Below, in pieces: positions 1-10,612 of a stretch of 64,000 nt of DNA. The notes under the pieces were generated by a model, which did not search any database, was not told where the DNA came from, and saw nothing but the letters and a program-made list of their open reading frames with translations. The translations under genes were made by a program, and so were the position numbers. The DNA comes from an uncultured Bacillota bacterium. GTDB taxonomy: Bacteria > Sysuimicrobiota > Sysuimicrobiia > Sysuimicrobiales > Segetimicrobiaceae. How positions within the stretch are numbered: the stretch's first letter is position 1; the number at the start of each line of letters is the position of its first letter. The stretch lies in the NCBI GenBank assembly GCA_963804645.1, contig CAWDRG010000009.1, positions 672,001 through 736,000 on the forward strand, read 5' to 3'.

Positions 1-362
1 GAGTCTTCGATCACGTGCCGGAGTCCGAGATGGCGGAAGCGCGTCACGACGACCGAGGTCCCGCGGTCCTTGAACGCGCCGGTCGGCGCCTCGTACTCGA
101 CCTTGGCGTAGAGGCGGTCGGGTTCCCCGCCCACGGGGACGAGCGGAGAGCCGCCCTCGCCGAGCGAGACCGGCTCGACCCCGTCGGGCGCGGGCACGCT
201 GTCGCGGTACCGCCACAGGCCCTGGCCCGGGCCGGGCCCTGTGAACCGGACGGTGTGCGCCACGCTCAGGAGGCCGCCGCAGCGGCACCGCCACACGCAG
301 TCCTCGTAATGGTAGGTGGCGCCGCACGATTCGCACCGGCGGTCCCACCGTGCGTCACTCAT
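1..362 (-). CDS. thrC: Threonine synthase / PLP fold-type II enzyme, N-terminal part (runs off window edge)
   Basis: Not in the ORF track; translated by hand from ATG at 362 (GGAGGAG RBS): MSDARWDRRCESCGATY...WRCRCGG...LWRYR...SLGEGGSPLV...LYAKVEYEAPTGAFKDRG, which has the Zn-ribbon and PLP-lysine motifs. Confidence 0.85.
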   Translation of the reverse strand, partial: MSDARWDRRCESCGATYHYEDCVWRCRCGGLLSVAHTVRFTGPGPGQGLWRYRDSVPAPDGVEPVSLGEGGSPLVPVGGEPDRLYAKVEYEAPTGAFKDRGTSVVVTRFRHLGLRHVIED

Positions 363-491
363 GTGCTCCTCCACTCGGAACCTGCGCTGCTCCGCCCCGC
401 CCCGCTACTTTCGCAGGGACGGCGGGGTCTCCTTGGCGAAGCGCATCAGGCCAGCCCGCGGACTCGCGCCATCCTCGTGAGGTGATCGACC

Positions 492-1682
492 GTGGACGAC
501 CTCAACGCGCTCAAGGACCGCGTCTGCAAGGAAGTGGACGGACTCAGCGGCGATCTCGTCGCGCTCGGCAAGCGGATCTTCGAGCACCCCGAGTTTCAGT
601 TCGAGGAGCGCCAGGCCTGCGCGTGGCTGACCGAGTTCCTGAAGGCGGCCGGGTTCGCGATGGAGGGCAACATCGCCGGAATGGAGACCGCGTTTCGCGG
701 GACCGTCCGCGGCTCGCGGGCGCGCCCGCACGTGGCGCTGCTCGCGGAGTACGACGCGCTGCGCGGGCTCGGCCACGCGTGCGGCCACAACCTGATCTGC
801 ACCGCCAGCGTCGGCGCGGCGGTCGCGCTGCACCGCGCCGTGCCCTCGCTGCCCGGGACGCTGACGATCCTCGGCACCCCCGCCGAGGAGGGCGGCGGCG
901 GCAAGGTGATCATGGCCGAGGCGGGCATCTTCGAGGGCATGGACGCCGTGATGATGTTTCACCCGTCGCGCTCGAACTGGTGGGCGCGCGGCGCGCTCGC
1001 GTCGCAGCGCCTCACGGTCAAGTTCCACGGCAAGTCCTCGCACGCGGCCGCGATGCCGGAGCGCGGCATCAACGCGCTGAACGCCCTTCTCCTCACGTTT
1101 CACGCGATCGACTCCCTCCGCCAGCACGTGACGAGCGACGTGCGCATCCATGGGATCGTCACCAAGGGCGGCGACGCGCCGAACGTCGTGCCCGAGTACG
1201 CGGAAGGGCGGTTCAGCATACGCGCGGCGACGCGCAGCGCCCAGCGGGAGGTCATGGTGAAGGTGAAGCGGTGCGCGGAGGGTGCGGCGATCGCGACCGG
1301 CGCCCGGGTGGAGATGGAGACCGGCCACACCTACGCGGAGCGCAACAACAGCCCGGTGCTCGTCGGGTTCTTCGGGGAGAACCTCGCCCGGCTCGGCGTC
1401 GAGGGCGAGGAGCCGCCGAAGTCGGGCGGCATCGGGTCCTCGGACATCGGCAACGTCAGCATGATCTGCCCGACGATCCATCCGTACCTCTCGATCGTCG
1501 ACGGCGACGTGGCCGGCCACACTCCTGAGTTTCGAGAGGCGGCCGGCTCGGACCAGGGGTACCGCGCGATGCTGAACGCGGCGAAGGGGCTGGCGATGAC
1601 GACCCTCGACGTGATGTACCGGCCGGGCGCCGCCGACACCGCCTGGACGGCGTTTCGGGCGAGCGTCGGCGCGGCGACCTGA
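492..1682 (+). CDS. M20 family amidohydrolase (AbgB/PM20D2-like)
   Basis: HPEFQFEE, AEYDAL, GHACGHN, GTPAEEGGGGK, GSSDIGNVS motifs; GAGGTGA RBS. Confidence 0.9.
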   Translation: MDDLNALKDRVCKEVDGLSGDLVALGKRIFEHPEFQFEERQACAWLTEFLKAAGFAMEGNIAGMETAFRGTVRGSRARPHVALLAEYDALRGLGHACGHNLICTASVGAAVALHRAVPSLPGTLTILGTPAEEGGGGKVIMAEAGIFEGMDAVMMFHPSRSNWWARGALASQRLTVKFHGKSSHAAAMPERGINALNALLLTFHAIDSLRQHVTSDVRIHGIVTKGGDAPNVVPEYAEGRFSIRAATRSAQREVMVKVKRCAEGAAIATGARVEMETGHTYAERNNSPVLVGFFGENLARLGVEGEEPPKSGGIGSSDIGNVSMICPTIHPYLSIVDGDVAGHTPEFREAAGSDQGYRAMLNAAKGLAMTTLDVMYRPGAADTAWTAFRASVGAAT

Positions 1683-1701
1683 GTCCCGCGGAGCGCACCC
1701 G

Positions 1702-3168
1702 CTAGGCGGATCCGCGCGGCGCCGGCATCGGGGGGCGCCGGGTGTGCCAGTCCGTCGCGTCCTGGAACGCGCGGCCGAGATCGATCAGCGTCGCGTCCTC
1801 GAACGGTCCTCCCACCAACTGGACCGCGGCCGGCAGGCCCGAGGTGCTGAAGCCGCAGGGCAGCGACAGCCCCGGCAGCCCCGCCAGATTCCCCGCGGGG
1901 GTGAGCGCGGCGTTGCCGCGCGCCGGCGGGAACGCCGGACCGGTGCGGGGCCGTTTGCCCGCGCGCGCCGGCCGCCACTCCGGATCGATCGGCTCGTCGA
2001 CCCGCGGCGCGGGACCCGGACGGGCCGGGGCGAGCAGGACGTCGACCTCGGTGAAGATGTGGGCGAACGCCTCCTGCAGCAGCCGGCGGACGCGCATCGC
2101 GTTCAGGTAGTCCCGGGCGGACACCTCGAGGCCCGCGACGAGGCCGAGCGCCTGCCGCTGGTCGGCCAGGTCCTTGAGGCGCGGGCTGTCGATCAGGTCC
2201 TGGAAGATCGTCGATCCCTCGGCGCGGATGACGATCCTCGCCGCTGAATCGATCGGCAGCGGCGGGAGCGACACCTGGCGGAGACGCACCCCGAGCCGGC
2301 GGAACTCCCGGACCGCCCCGTTGAGCGCGTCCCGGATCGACGGGTGGGCGGTCTCGTCGAAGTCCACCGGCGCGTAGCCGACGCGCAGCTCCGACGGTTT
2401 GCGGGGTCGCCGGTGCATCTCGAACCCGCGTCCGGCCGTTCCCGGGTCGCGCGGGTCGCCGCCCGCGATCGCCTCGAGCACGAGCCCGCAGTCCTCCGCG
2501 GTGCGGCACATCGGGCCGATCTTGTCCATCGTCCAGGCAAGCGCCATCGCGCCGTAGCGGCTCACGAGGCCGTAGGTCGGGCGCAGGCCGGTCACGCCGC
2601 AACTCGACGACGGCGAGAGGATCGAGCCCGAGGTCTCCGAGCCGATGCCGAACGGGACCATGCCGCCGCCCACCGCGGCCCCGGTGCCGCTCGAGGAGCC
2701 GCCGGTCCAGTGGTCGCGATTCCACGGGTTGCGCGCCGGTCCCGTCAGCGACGCCGACGGCCACCGATAGCCCCCTCCGCCCGCCAGTTCGATCATCGCC
2801 AGCTTGGCAGCGAGCACGGCTCCGGCACGTCGAAGCGACGTAATCACCGCGGCGTCGTAGTCGAAGATCTGCCGGGCAAATGGCGGCGCCCCCCAGGTTG
2901 TCGGGACGCCGCGGAGCGCCAGCAGGTCCTTCGCGCCGTACGGAATGCCGGTGAGGGGGCCTGCGCCGCGGGCGGCCCGCAGCCGGCGGTCGGCGGCCCG
3001 GGCCTCGCGCAGCGCGTGCTCGGGGAGCATCCGCGCGACGGCGTGGTAGCTCCGTCCCACGGTAGACAGGCGGTCGAGCGCGAGCCGCGTCAGTTCCATG
3101 GAGGAGATGCGCCGGCGCCGGAGCGCGCGGTGGAGCTCGCCGATCGTGGCGTACAGCGGATCGTTCAC
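1702..3168 (-). CDS. Amidase signature family protein (GatA-like)
   Basis: GIPYGAKDL, GGSSSG, GSETSGSILSP, GLRPTYGLVSR; likely GTG start at 3168 overlapping the upstream stop (GTGA). Confidence 0.9.
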   Translation of the reverse strand: MNDPLYATIGELHRALRRRRISSMELTRLALDRLSTVGRSYHAVARMLPEHALREARAADRRLRAARGAGPLTGIPYGAKDLLALRGVPTTWGAPPFARQIFDYDAAVITSLRRAGAVLAAKLAMIELAGGGGYRWPSASLTGPARNPWNRDHWTGGSSSGTGAAVGGGMVPFGIGSETSGSILSPSSSCGVTGLRPTYGLVSRYGAMALAWTMDKIGPMCRTAEDCGLVLEAIAGGDPRDPGTAGRGFEMHRRPRKPSELRVGYAPVDFDETAHPSIRDALNGAVREFRRLGVRLRQVSLPPLPIDSAARIVIRAEGSTIFQDLIDSPRLKDLADQRQALGLVAGLEVSARDYLNAMRVRRLLQEAFAHIFTEVDVLLAPARPGPAPRVDEPIDPEWRPARAGKRPRTGPAFPPARGNAALTPAGNLAGLPGLSLPCGFSTSGLPAAVQLVGGPFEDATLIDLGRAFQDATDWHTRRPPMPAPRGSA

Positions 3169-3359
3169 GGCAGCGTCCTGAACACGGAGGCCGGTTCGAG
3201 CGCGACCGCGATCGGGGCCTCGCGCAGGGTCCGGCCGGATAGGCCCTGCAGGCGGATCACCTCGCGGAGTTCTCCGCCCGCGGCGGGCCGCGCGCGGCGC
3301 GCGGGTCTGCGCCTGCGGGTGAGGGGCTTCGGTGCGCGTGAGCGTCGGCGTGTCGTCAT
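3165..3359 (-). CDS. Small basic protein coupled to the amidase (GatC-like partner?)
   Basis: 64 aa ORF whose stop overlaps the amidase start; ends in LREAPIAVALEPASVF, like small amidase partner subunits. Confidence 0.5.
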   Translation of the reverse strand: MTTRRRSRAPKPLTRRRRPARRARPAAGGELREVIRLQGLSGRTLREAPIAVALEPASVFRTLP

Positions 3360-3653
3360 GCCGGTTCACTACTACGCCGCGGTGGCGTTGTCCTATGCCC
3401 GCGGCTCTGAGCGTCCTCGGGTGCCGGCGTTCGCGAGACCCTGCGCTATACTGAAGGGTGAATTGACAGCCACCGCGGAACTGTCGTCGTCGAGACCGCC
3501 CTCGCCCGCCACACGCGAGGCACCCTGCCGCGCTCGGCTGGGTTAGACCCCGTGCCGCTCGCGTCGGCCCACCGACGTCCTCGCGCGCCGCGGGGATCGC
3601 GGGGCGCGCCGGATCCGCCGTGGGCTGACGCCGGAGAGGAAGGATCCCGAGCC

Positions 3654-5273
3654 GTGGCCATCGCGTGGTACAGGACGAAGTGGTTCCGGGTCGGCGGCAT
3701 CGTCCTCCTGCTCGGGCTGCTCGGGGCCGCCGCGGTGCCGTTGCTCGTCCCGGTCGACCGCGTCAGGCCGATGCTGATCCGGACGCTCGAGGCCAAGATT
3801 CAACGCCCGGTCCAGATCGACGCGGTGCGGCTTCATGTGGTGCCGACGGTGTATCTGCAGGCCATCAACGTCCGGATCGGAAACCCGCCGGGATTCCCGC
3901 AGGGCGACACGGTCCTCGTGAAGTCCGTCGATCTCAACCTTGCGCTGCGCGCGCTGCTGTCGCGCGAGCTGGACATCACGTCCATGACCCTGAGCGGCGT
4001 GCGCATGAATGTGCTCCGAGACACGACCGGGCGAACGAACTTGGAGCTGCATCTCCGAGGGGGCCTGCTGAAGCTTGGTCGCGTGGGCGCGATCGCGGTG
4101 ACGAACGCGGAGATCGCCGTGGCCGGCTTCGACGCGCACACGGGGAAGGTCACACCCCTACTCACGGTGAGCGGAGTGAGCGCCAGCGCGCGTCCCATCG
4201 ATCTGACCGCGCCCGATCCGACGAAGCAGCTCGACGCGACCGCCGTCCTGCGGGGCGCGCAGATCACGACGCCGTTGCTGGCCGCCCCGGTGCGGTTCGA
4301 CGCGGGCACCCTCGTCATCAAGGACGGCGCGGCGCGCGCCACGTTCGCCGCCGCCCTCGGTCCGATGCGCATGACGGGAACGGTCGCGATCGCCGAGCTC
4401 GAGCCACTCTCGGTGATCATGTTCGACGTCGCGGTTCCCGAGCTCGATGTCGCCGGCATGAAGCGGCTCGTGATCCGCGGTGCGCGCGGTGCTTTCGCCG
4501 TCGCGCCGGCTCGGCGCCTCCTCGCGAGCGGTATGATCGCCATTGACCGGGTCGTCCTGTCTCCGCTCGAGGCGACCGGGGTGCGCGGTCGGGTGAGCGT
4601 CTACACGAACGAGATTCAAGTGGCTCCGTATGCGCTCTCCGCCTACGGCGGGACGATCCGGGGCGCGGCCTCGCTGCAGTATACCGCCGCGGGCCTGCCC
4701 GTGGTCGCGACCACGACGGTGCGCGGCCTCAACGTGGCACGGGCGGTGAGCGCCCTCTCGGCCGGGGACGCGAGGCTGACGGGGTCGCTCGACGCGGACC
4801 TCGGGCTGGCGACCGACGCCGGAGGGGATCCCGAGGCGGTCCTGACGGGGGCGGGGACGTTTGCCGTGCGCGACGGCTCGTTCCCGAGACTGGAACTCAA
4901 GGGTGCGATGGTGAAGTTCGCCACGGCGGTGCGCCTGATCACCGTGCCCGCGGGGCCCACGCGGTTCAGCTACCTCGGCGGAGACGTGCGCATCGCGCAC
5001 CGGCGAGTGTACAGCAACGCCATTCGCCTCGATGGGGACGGGCTCGAAGGCACGGTCCGGGGCAGCTTCGGCTTCGATCAGACCCTGGATTACTCGGGGA
5101 CGGGTGCCTTGAGCACTCCGCCATCGGCCCCGTCGAAGGGCGTCCTCTCGGCGGTGGGGCGGCTGCTGCGCAAGGTTGTGCCGGGGACGTCGGGCGCCGC
5201 CGGGAAGCAGGTCGCGTTCTCGGTGCGGGGGACGTTCGACGATCCCAAGTTCTCGCGGGGCGGCGGGCGGTAG
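3654..5273 (+). CDS. AsmA family protein
   Basis: N-terminal TM helix, IGNPPGF motif, beta-rich body, C-terminal SVRGTFDDPKF; GTG at 3654 after GGAAGGA. Confidence 0.85.
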   Translation: MAIAWYRTKWFRVGGIVLLLGLLGAAAVPLLVPVDRVRPMLIRTLEAKIQRPVQIDAVRLHVVPTVYLQAINVRIGNPPGFPQGDTVLVKSVDLNLALRALLSRELDITSMTLSGVRMNVLRDTTGRTNLELHLRGGLLKLGRVGAIAVTNAEIAVAGFDAHTGKVTPLLTVSGVSASARPIDLTAPDPTKQLDATAVLRGAQITTPLLAAPVRFDAGTLVIKDGAARATFAAALGPMRMTGTVAIAELEPLSVIMFDVAVPELDVAGMKRLVIRGARGAFAVAPARRLLASGMIAIDRVVLSPLEATGVRGRVSVYTNEIQVAPYALSAYGGTIRGAASLQYTAAGLPVVATTTVRGLNVARAVSALSAGDARLTGSLDADLGLATDAGGDPEAVLTGAGTFAVRDGSFPRLELKGAMVKFATAVRLITVPAGPTRFSYLGGDVRIAHRRVYSNAIRLDGDGLEGTVRGSFGFDQTLDYSGTGALSTPPSAPSKGVLSAVGRLLRKVVPGTSGAAGKQVAFSVRGTFDDPKFSRGGGR

Positions 5274-5393
5274 CCGAGCCGGGGCCGCGTCCCAGACGAT
5301 ATCCACATCCCCTCACGCGGGGGCGGCGGACACCACGTACAGACGGCGAGCCGATGTGCGAGACGCGGCGGCGCGGCGCGATGACTGGGGGCT

Positions 5394-7286
5394 GTGATGC
5401 CTGGCACAGGATCTGAGGCTCCCATTCCTTCTCCCCGCGGCGCGACCCTAAGGGCGATGAGCCTCGCCGCCCTGGGTGTCGTGTTCGGCGACATCGGCAC
5501 CAGCCCGCTCTACACCCTGAAGACGGTGCTGAACCTTACCGGCCCGCACCCCGATCCGCCCGTCATCCTCGGCGCCCTGTCGCTGATCATCTGGACCCTG
5601 ATCATCGTGACCAGTCTCAAGTATGTCTCCGTCGCCATGCGGTTCGACAACGAGGGCGAAGGCGGCATTCTCGCGCTCATGGCGCTGCTGGTGCGCAAAC
5701 GCAACCCCGGGCCGGTCGTGCTCGCGGTCGGGCTGCTGGGCGCCGCGCTGCTGTACGGCGACGGCGCGATTACGCCGGCGATCTCCGTCCTGTCCGCGGT
5801 CGAAGGGTTGAACATCATCGCGCCGTCGCTCGGCGCCTACGTCCTGCCGGCGTCCGTGGTGATTCTCGTCGCGCTGTTTTGCTTTCAGCCTCAGGGCACG
5901 GCGCGGATCGGCAGGGCGTTTGGCCCGATCATGCTGGTGTGGTTCGTGGCGATCGGCCTGCTCGGACTCTGGGGCGTCGCGCAGCATCCGTCGGTGATGC
6001 TCGCAATCAATCCGGCGTACGGCCTGTCTTATCTGTTCTCCCACGGGCGGGCCGGGTTTCTCGTGCTCGGCGGCGTGTTTCTCTGCGTGACGGGGGCTGA
6101 GGCGCTGTACGCGGACATGGGGCACTTCGGTGCCGCGCCCATCCGGCTGGCGTGGTCGGCGCTCGTCTTTCCGAGCCTGGTCCTCAACTACGCGGGGCAG
6201 ACCGCGGCCGTCCTCTCGGGCGCGCCCACGTCCGACAACATCTTCTACCGCCTCTGCCCGCCCGCGCTGCTCATCCCGCTCGTTGTCCTCGCGACGGTCG
6301 CGACGATCATCGCCAGCCAGTCGATCATCACCGGCGCCGCGTCGATGACGCGCCAGGCGATCCAGCTCGGGTGGCTGCCGAGGCTGCGCATCACGCAGAC
6401 GTCCGCGGAAGGGTACGGGCAGATCTACGTCGGGACCGTCAACTGGATGCTCATGATCGCCACGTGCGGGCTGGCCATCGGATTTGGCAAGTCGGACAAT
6501 CTCGCGGCCGCGTACGGGATCGCCGTATCGGCCACCATGCTGGCGACCGACGTACTCGTGTTTCTCGCGATGCAGGCGGTCTGGGACTGGAGCCTCGCGA
6601 AGGCGGGCGCCGTCGCCGGCGCGTTTGTCGTGGTGGATCTGTCGTATTTCACGGCCAACCTGGCCAAGGTCGCGTCCGGCGGATACGTGCCGCTCGTGCT
6701 GGCGCTGTTCGTGTACGGCGTCATGCTCATCTGGCATCGCGGCGCGCGGGAGGTGACGGCGCGGCTTGGGGAAGTGGTCATTCCCGTCGGCACGTTCTTG
6801 GAGAAGGTCGCAGAGGGTGGCGTCCCGCGCGTGCCGGGCACGGCCGTCTTCCTGACCCGCACCAGCTTGGATGTGCCGCCCGTCATGATCTGGCACGTTC
6901 GGCACGACCGGGCGCTGCACGAGCGGCTGCTGGTGCTGACGGTCAACACGGAGCCGGTTCCCTACATCCGGGACGCCGCGCGGCTGACGTTCGCGGAGAT
7001 CGCCCCCAACTTCTGGCGCGTCTCCGCCCGCTACGGCTTCATGGAGCGGCCGGATCTTCCGGGCCTCCTGGCGCAGGCCCGGGCCGAAGGGTGCGCGATC
7101 AATTTTTCCGACATCACGTACTACGCTGGGTTTGAGACCATCGTGGCGCGCGACGACGGCATGGGAGTCCCGAAGTGGCTTGAGATGCTGTTTGGCTTCA
7201 TGCAGCGCAACTCCGTCCACGTGAGCGACTACCTGCGGATCCCGTCGGATTCACTGGTCGAGATCGGCCGCCAGGTCGCGATCTAG
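5394..7286 (+). CDS. kup: KUP/HAK/KT potassium uptake transporter
   Basis: ALGVVFGDIGTSPLY, DNEGEGGILAL, TGAEALYADMGHFG, YGFME. Confidence 0.97.
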   Translation: MMPGTGSEAPIPSPRGATLRAMSLAALGVVFGDIGTSPLYTLKTVLNLTGPHPDPPVILGALSLIIWTLIIVTSLKYVSVAMRFDNEGEGGILALMALLVRKRNPGPVVLAVGLLGAALLYGDGAITPAISVLSAVEGLNIIAPSLGAYVLPASVVILVALFCFQPQGTARIGRAFGPIMLVWFVAIGLLGLWGVAQHPSVMLAINPAYGLSYLFSHGRAGFLVLGGVFLCVTGAEALYADMGHFGAAPIRLAWSALVFPSLVLNYAGQTAAVLSGAPTSDNIFYRLCPPALLIPLVVLATVATIIASQSIITGAASMTRQAIQLGWLPRLRITQTSAEGYGQIYVGTVNWMLMIATCGLAIGFGKSDNLAAAYGIAVSATMLATDVLVFLAMQAVWDWSLAKAGAVAGAFVVVDLSYFTANLAKVASGGYVPLVLALFVYGVMLIWHRGAREVTARLGEVVIPVGTFLEKVAEGGVPRVPGTAVFLTRTSLDVPPVMIWHVRHDRALHERLLVLTVNTEPVPYIRDAARLTFAEIAPNFWRVSARYGFMERPDLPGLLAQARAEGCAINFSDITYYAGFETIVARDDGMGVPKWLEMLFGFMQRNSVHVSDYLRIPSDSLVEIGRQVAI

Positions 7287-7400
7287 CCACCCCGGCGCGC
7301 CGGGCCGTCCACGCGCGCGCCACCCCGTCGACGAGGATCTGGCGCGCGCGGCGCGAAGAGCCTAGCGCGGCGGCGCGGTCGGCCAAGCGCCGGCGGGAGG

Positions 7401-9041
7401 GTGACGGCGATGCGTGAACGCAGTGCGCGACGCGAACGACACCGGTGGTTCGGCGGGGTGCTGGCCGCGGCGGCGATCCTGCTGCTCGGCGGCGCCGGCG
7501 TGGGCGCCGCGCCGGTCCCGGGCGGCACGCTCACGATCGGGCTCGATGTGGATCCGACGACCTTGGATCCCCACCAGTCCGCCGCGGCCGCCTCGTATCT
7601 CGTGGGCAGCCTCAACATCAACGAGAGCCTCCTGTACCAGGATCCCGCCGGCAAGCTCCTGCCGTGGCTCGCCACCCGGTACACCGTGTCGCCGGACGGA
7701 CGGACGTTCACGTTCGATCTCCGGACCGACGTGCGCTTTTCCGACGGCGCGCCGTTCGACGCGGACGCGGTCAAATGGAACCTCGACCGCATCGTGAACC
7801 CCAACTTCCGGGCGGGCGGATCCATTACCGCCCTGGTCGGCTACACGGGGACGACGGTCGTCGACTCCCACACCGTCGAGATCAGGTTCAAGGACCCGTA
7901 CGCGCCCTTCCTGTCGTACGCCGCCGCCGGCACGCTCGGCATGGTGTCGCCGAAGACGACCGCCACGCAGACGCCGGCCCAGACCGGCCGGGCGCCGGTC
8001 GGCACCGGCGCGTTCATGGCCTCGGAGTACGTGAGCGCCGACCACATCACGATGGTCCGGAACCCGTCGTTCACCCGGCGCGAGCCCTGGAGCGACCACG
8101 AGGGCCCAGCGTACCTCGATCGCGTGATCTGGAAGATCATCCCGGAGAGCATGACCCGCGCGATCACGCTGTCGTCGGGCGAGACGCAGATGATCTACAT
8201 CCTCGGCTACGGCACGACCACCGGGTCGATTTTGAGCCAGCTGCAGCGGGATCCGCAGATCAAGGTGGACTCGTACCCGTTTCCCGGATCCGCCTACCTG
8301 TGGCTGATCAACGTGCGCAAGCCGCCGACCGACGACGTGCGGGTCCGCCAGGCGATCCTGTACGGCATCAACCGCCGGGCGATCATCGCGGCGATCTACC
8401 GGGGGCTCGGCCAGCCGGCGTGCGGGTACGTCAGCCACATCCTGCTGCCCGACCCGGTGGCGTGCGCGTCGTATCCGTACGATCCGCAGAAGGCCGGCCA
8501 GCTGCTGGACGAAGCGGGATGGAAGATGGGACCCAACCACGTGCGCGTGAAGGACGGCAAGCCGCTGCAGGTGGTCATCAACTCGCTCAACTCGGGCGGC
8601 GGCGATCTGCCGGACATCCAGCCGGTCCAGGGCCAGCTGCTGGATCTCGGGTTCCAAGCGCAGATCAAGAGCCAGGCGTTCGGCGCCCGGACCCAGGACA
8701 ACTTCACCTGCGCGGACAACTTCGGCACGATCTTCCTGCGCGCGAACGATCCCGACACGCTCTACGCGCTGTTCGGATCGGCGAACATCGGCAGCAACTT
8801 CAACTGGTCCTGCTACTCGGACCCCGAGACCGATCGGATGCTGGCCGAGGGGCGCAGCACGCTCGATCCGGCCAAGCGCCGCGCCATTTATCTCCAGCTC
8901 GACCGGACGCTGCTCGACCGCGCGGTCGCGATTCCGATGATGGACGAGCTGGCGGTGTGGGTGCGCCGGCCGAACGTGCAGGGAGTCAAGTACAACTACC
9001 TCGTCTACCCCGCGTTCAGCGACGCCTACCTCGCGAAGTAG
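7401..9041 (+). CDS. ABC transporter substrate-binding protein, family 5 (peptide/nickel)
   Basis: Signal peptide, TLDPH, PWLATRYTVSPDGRTFTFDLR, FSDG, GTGAF; no permeases adjacent. Confidence 0.92.
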   Translation: MTAMRERSARRERHRWFGGVLAAAAILLLGGAGVGAAPVPGGTLTIGLDVDPTTLDPHQSAAAASYLVGSLNINESLLYQDPAGKLLPWLATRYTVSPDGRTFTFDLRTDVRFSDGAPFDADAVKWNLDRIVNPNFRAGGSITALVGYTGTTVVDSHTVEIRFKDPYAPFLSYAAAGTLGMVSPKTTATQTPAQTGRAPVGTGAFMASEYVSADHITMVRNPSFTRREPWSDHEGPAYLDRVIWKIIPESMTRAITLSSGETQMIYILGYGTTTGSILSQLQRDPQIKVDSYPFPGSAYLWLINVRKPPTDDVRVRQAILYGINRRAIIAAIYRGLGQPACGYVSHILLPDPVACASYPYDPQKAGQLLDEAGWKMGPNHVRVKDGKPLQVVINSLNSGGGDLPDIQPVQGQLLDLGFQAQIKSQAFGARTQDNFTCADNFGTIFLRANDPDTLYALFGSANIGSNFNWSCYSDPETDRMLAEGRSTLDPAKRRAIYLQLDRTLLDRAVAIPMMDELAVWVRRPNVQGVKYNYLVYPAFSDAYLAK

Positions 9042-9056
9042 GCGCGGGCGCGCCGC

Positions 9057-9683
9057 CTAGCGGCGCTCGACCGCGAGCCGCACGCCGAGGGCGACCATGA
9101 CGGTGCCGGCCGCGCCGTCGAGGGCGCGCCGCACCCGTGGGCCGAATCGCGCGGCCGCGCGGGCGACGACGGCGCCGTACAGCGTCAGCCAGGCCGTGAC
9201 CATGATCACGAAGGCCGCAGTCATCGCGGCGATGCGGAGCGGTCCGTCCGAGGGCTCGATAAACTGGGGCACGATCGCGATGAAGATGACGCCGGCCTTC
9301 GGATTCAAGAGATTCCCGAACAGCCCCTGCAGGTAGGCGTCCCGGGCGCCGAGCGGCGCCGGCCGCGCAGGGGCGGGGACCGCGGGCTCCTCGGATCTCC
9401 GGGCGGCCGCCCAGAGGCTGCGGAGACCGAGACACACGAGGAACAGCGCGCCCGCCAGCTTCAGTCCCGCGAACAGCGCCGCGGACGTCGCGAGCAGCGC
9501 CGCCAGCCCCAGGGCCGAGCACAGGCCCCAGCCGAGGATGCCGGTCCCGACGCCGAACGCGGTCGCCCGGGCCGCCCGCGCGCCGCCTTTGAACGCGTTG
9601 CGCGCGACGAGGGCCATATCTGGCCCTGGCGTCACGATCAGCACCGCCGCCACGGCGAGATAGGTCAGAAACCGCGCGTCCAT
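9057..9683 (-). CDS. LysE/RhtB family translocator
   Basis: TPGPDMALV, NLLNPKA, hydrophobic. Confidence 0.93.
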   Translation of the reverse strand: MDARFLTYLAVAAVLIVTPGPDMALVARNAFKGGARAARATAFGVGTGILGWGLCSALGLAALLATSAALFAGLKLAGALFLVCLGLRSLWAAARRSEEPAVPAPARPAPLGARDAYLQGLFGNLLNPKAGVIFIAIVPQFIEPSDGPLRIAAMTAAFVIMVTAWLTLYGAVVARAAARFGPRVRRALDGAAGTVMVALGVRLAVERR

Positions 9684-9799
9684 CGGACCTCCTCTGGGTC
9701 GACCCCGCTGGGCTCGGTGAGGCCAAGCATCGCAGGGCGGATGCGTCCTGTCAACGGCGGCGTCTTGCCCGCGGCCCGCGGGCCTGCCAGAATGAGCGG

Positions 9800-10612
9800 G
9801 TGAGCGGCGCCGCGCACGCCCCGGTCCTGATCGTACCGTTTCGCATCGGACAGCCGATGCCGGTGCCGCGCGTCGACGTCGAGCACGAGGTGCTGCGCCC
9901 GTCGCTCCCCGACGGGACGCCGCAGGAGCGACTCGGGGTACTCTGCGACGCGATCGCCGCGCGCACGGCCGCGAACCCTGTGCGCGCCGTCTACATCGGC
10001 GACTGCGTGCTGACGCTCGGCGTGCTTGCCGGACTGCAGCGGCGCGGCGTGGCGCCGGCGCTGATCTGGCTGGACGCGCACGGCGACTTCAACACGTGGG
10101 AGACCACGCCCTCGGGGTTTCTGGGAGGGATGCCGCTCGCCATGGCGGTGGGGCGCGGGGAGCAGACCATCGCGCGCGCGGTGGGCCTCCGGCCGATCCC
10201 GGAGGACCGGATCGTGCTGGTTGACGGTCGAGATCTGGATCCTGGCGAAGCGCGGGCGATCGCGGAGTCGCGGGTGGCTCACGTGACCGTGCCCCGGCTC
10301 CTCGAGATGCCGCTGCCCGCGGGGCCGCTGTACGTGCACCTGGATGTCGACGTCGTCGATCCGGGGGAAATGCCCGCGGTGAGCTATCGCGCCTCGGGCG
10401 GACCCTCGGCCGAGACGGTGCGCGACGCGGTCGCGCGGCTCGCCTCGGCGGGGGACATCGCCGCGTTCTCCATGACGCTCTGGGAGCCCGGGCTCGCCGG
10501 AGCGGACCGGTCGGAGGCCGCGGCGGCGGGGCTCGCGCGGCCGATGCTGGGGAGGGGCGCTACGTCTTCGGCTTCGCCGCCTTCGTCTGGCGCTCGTCCA
10601 GCAGGGCCTTGA
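9800..10612 (+). CDS. Arginase/ureohydrolase family protein
   Basis: GDC, WLDAHGDFNT, SGFLGGMPL, HLDVDVVDP. Confidence 0.9.
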   Translation: MSGAAHAPVLIVPFRIGQPMPVPRVDVEHEVLRPSLPDGTPQERLGVLCDAIAARTAANPVRAVYIGDCVLTLGVLAGLQRRGVAPALIWLDAHGDFNTWETTPSGFLGGMPLAMAVGRGEQTIARAVGLRPIPEDRIVLVDGRDLDPGEARAIAESRVAHVTVPRLLEMPLPAGPLYVHLDVDVVDPGEMPAVSYRASGGPSAETVRDAVARLASAGDIAAFSMTLWEPGLAGADRSEAAAAGLARPMLGRGATSSASPPSSGARPAGP

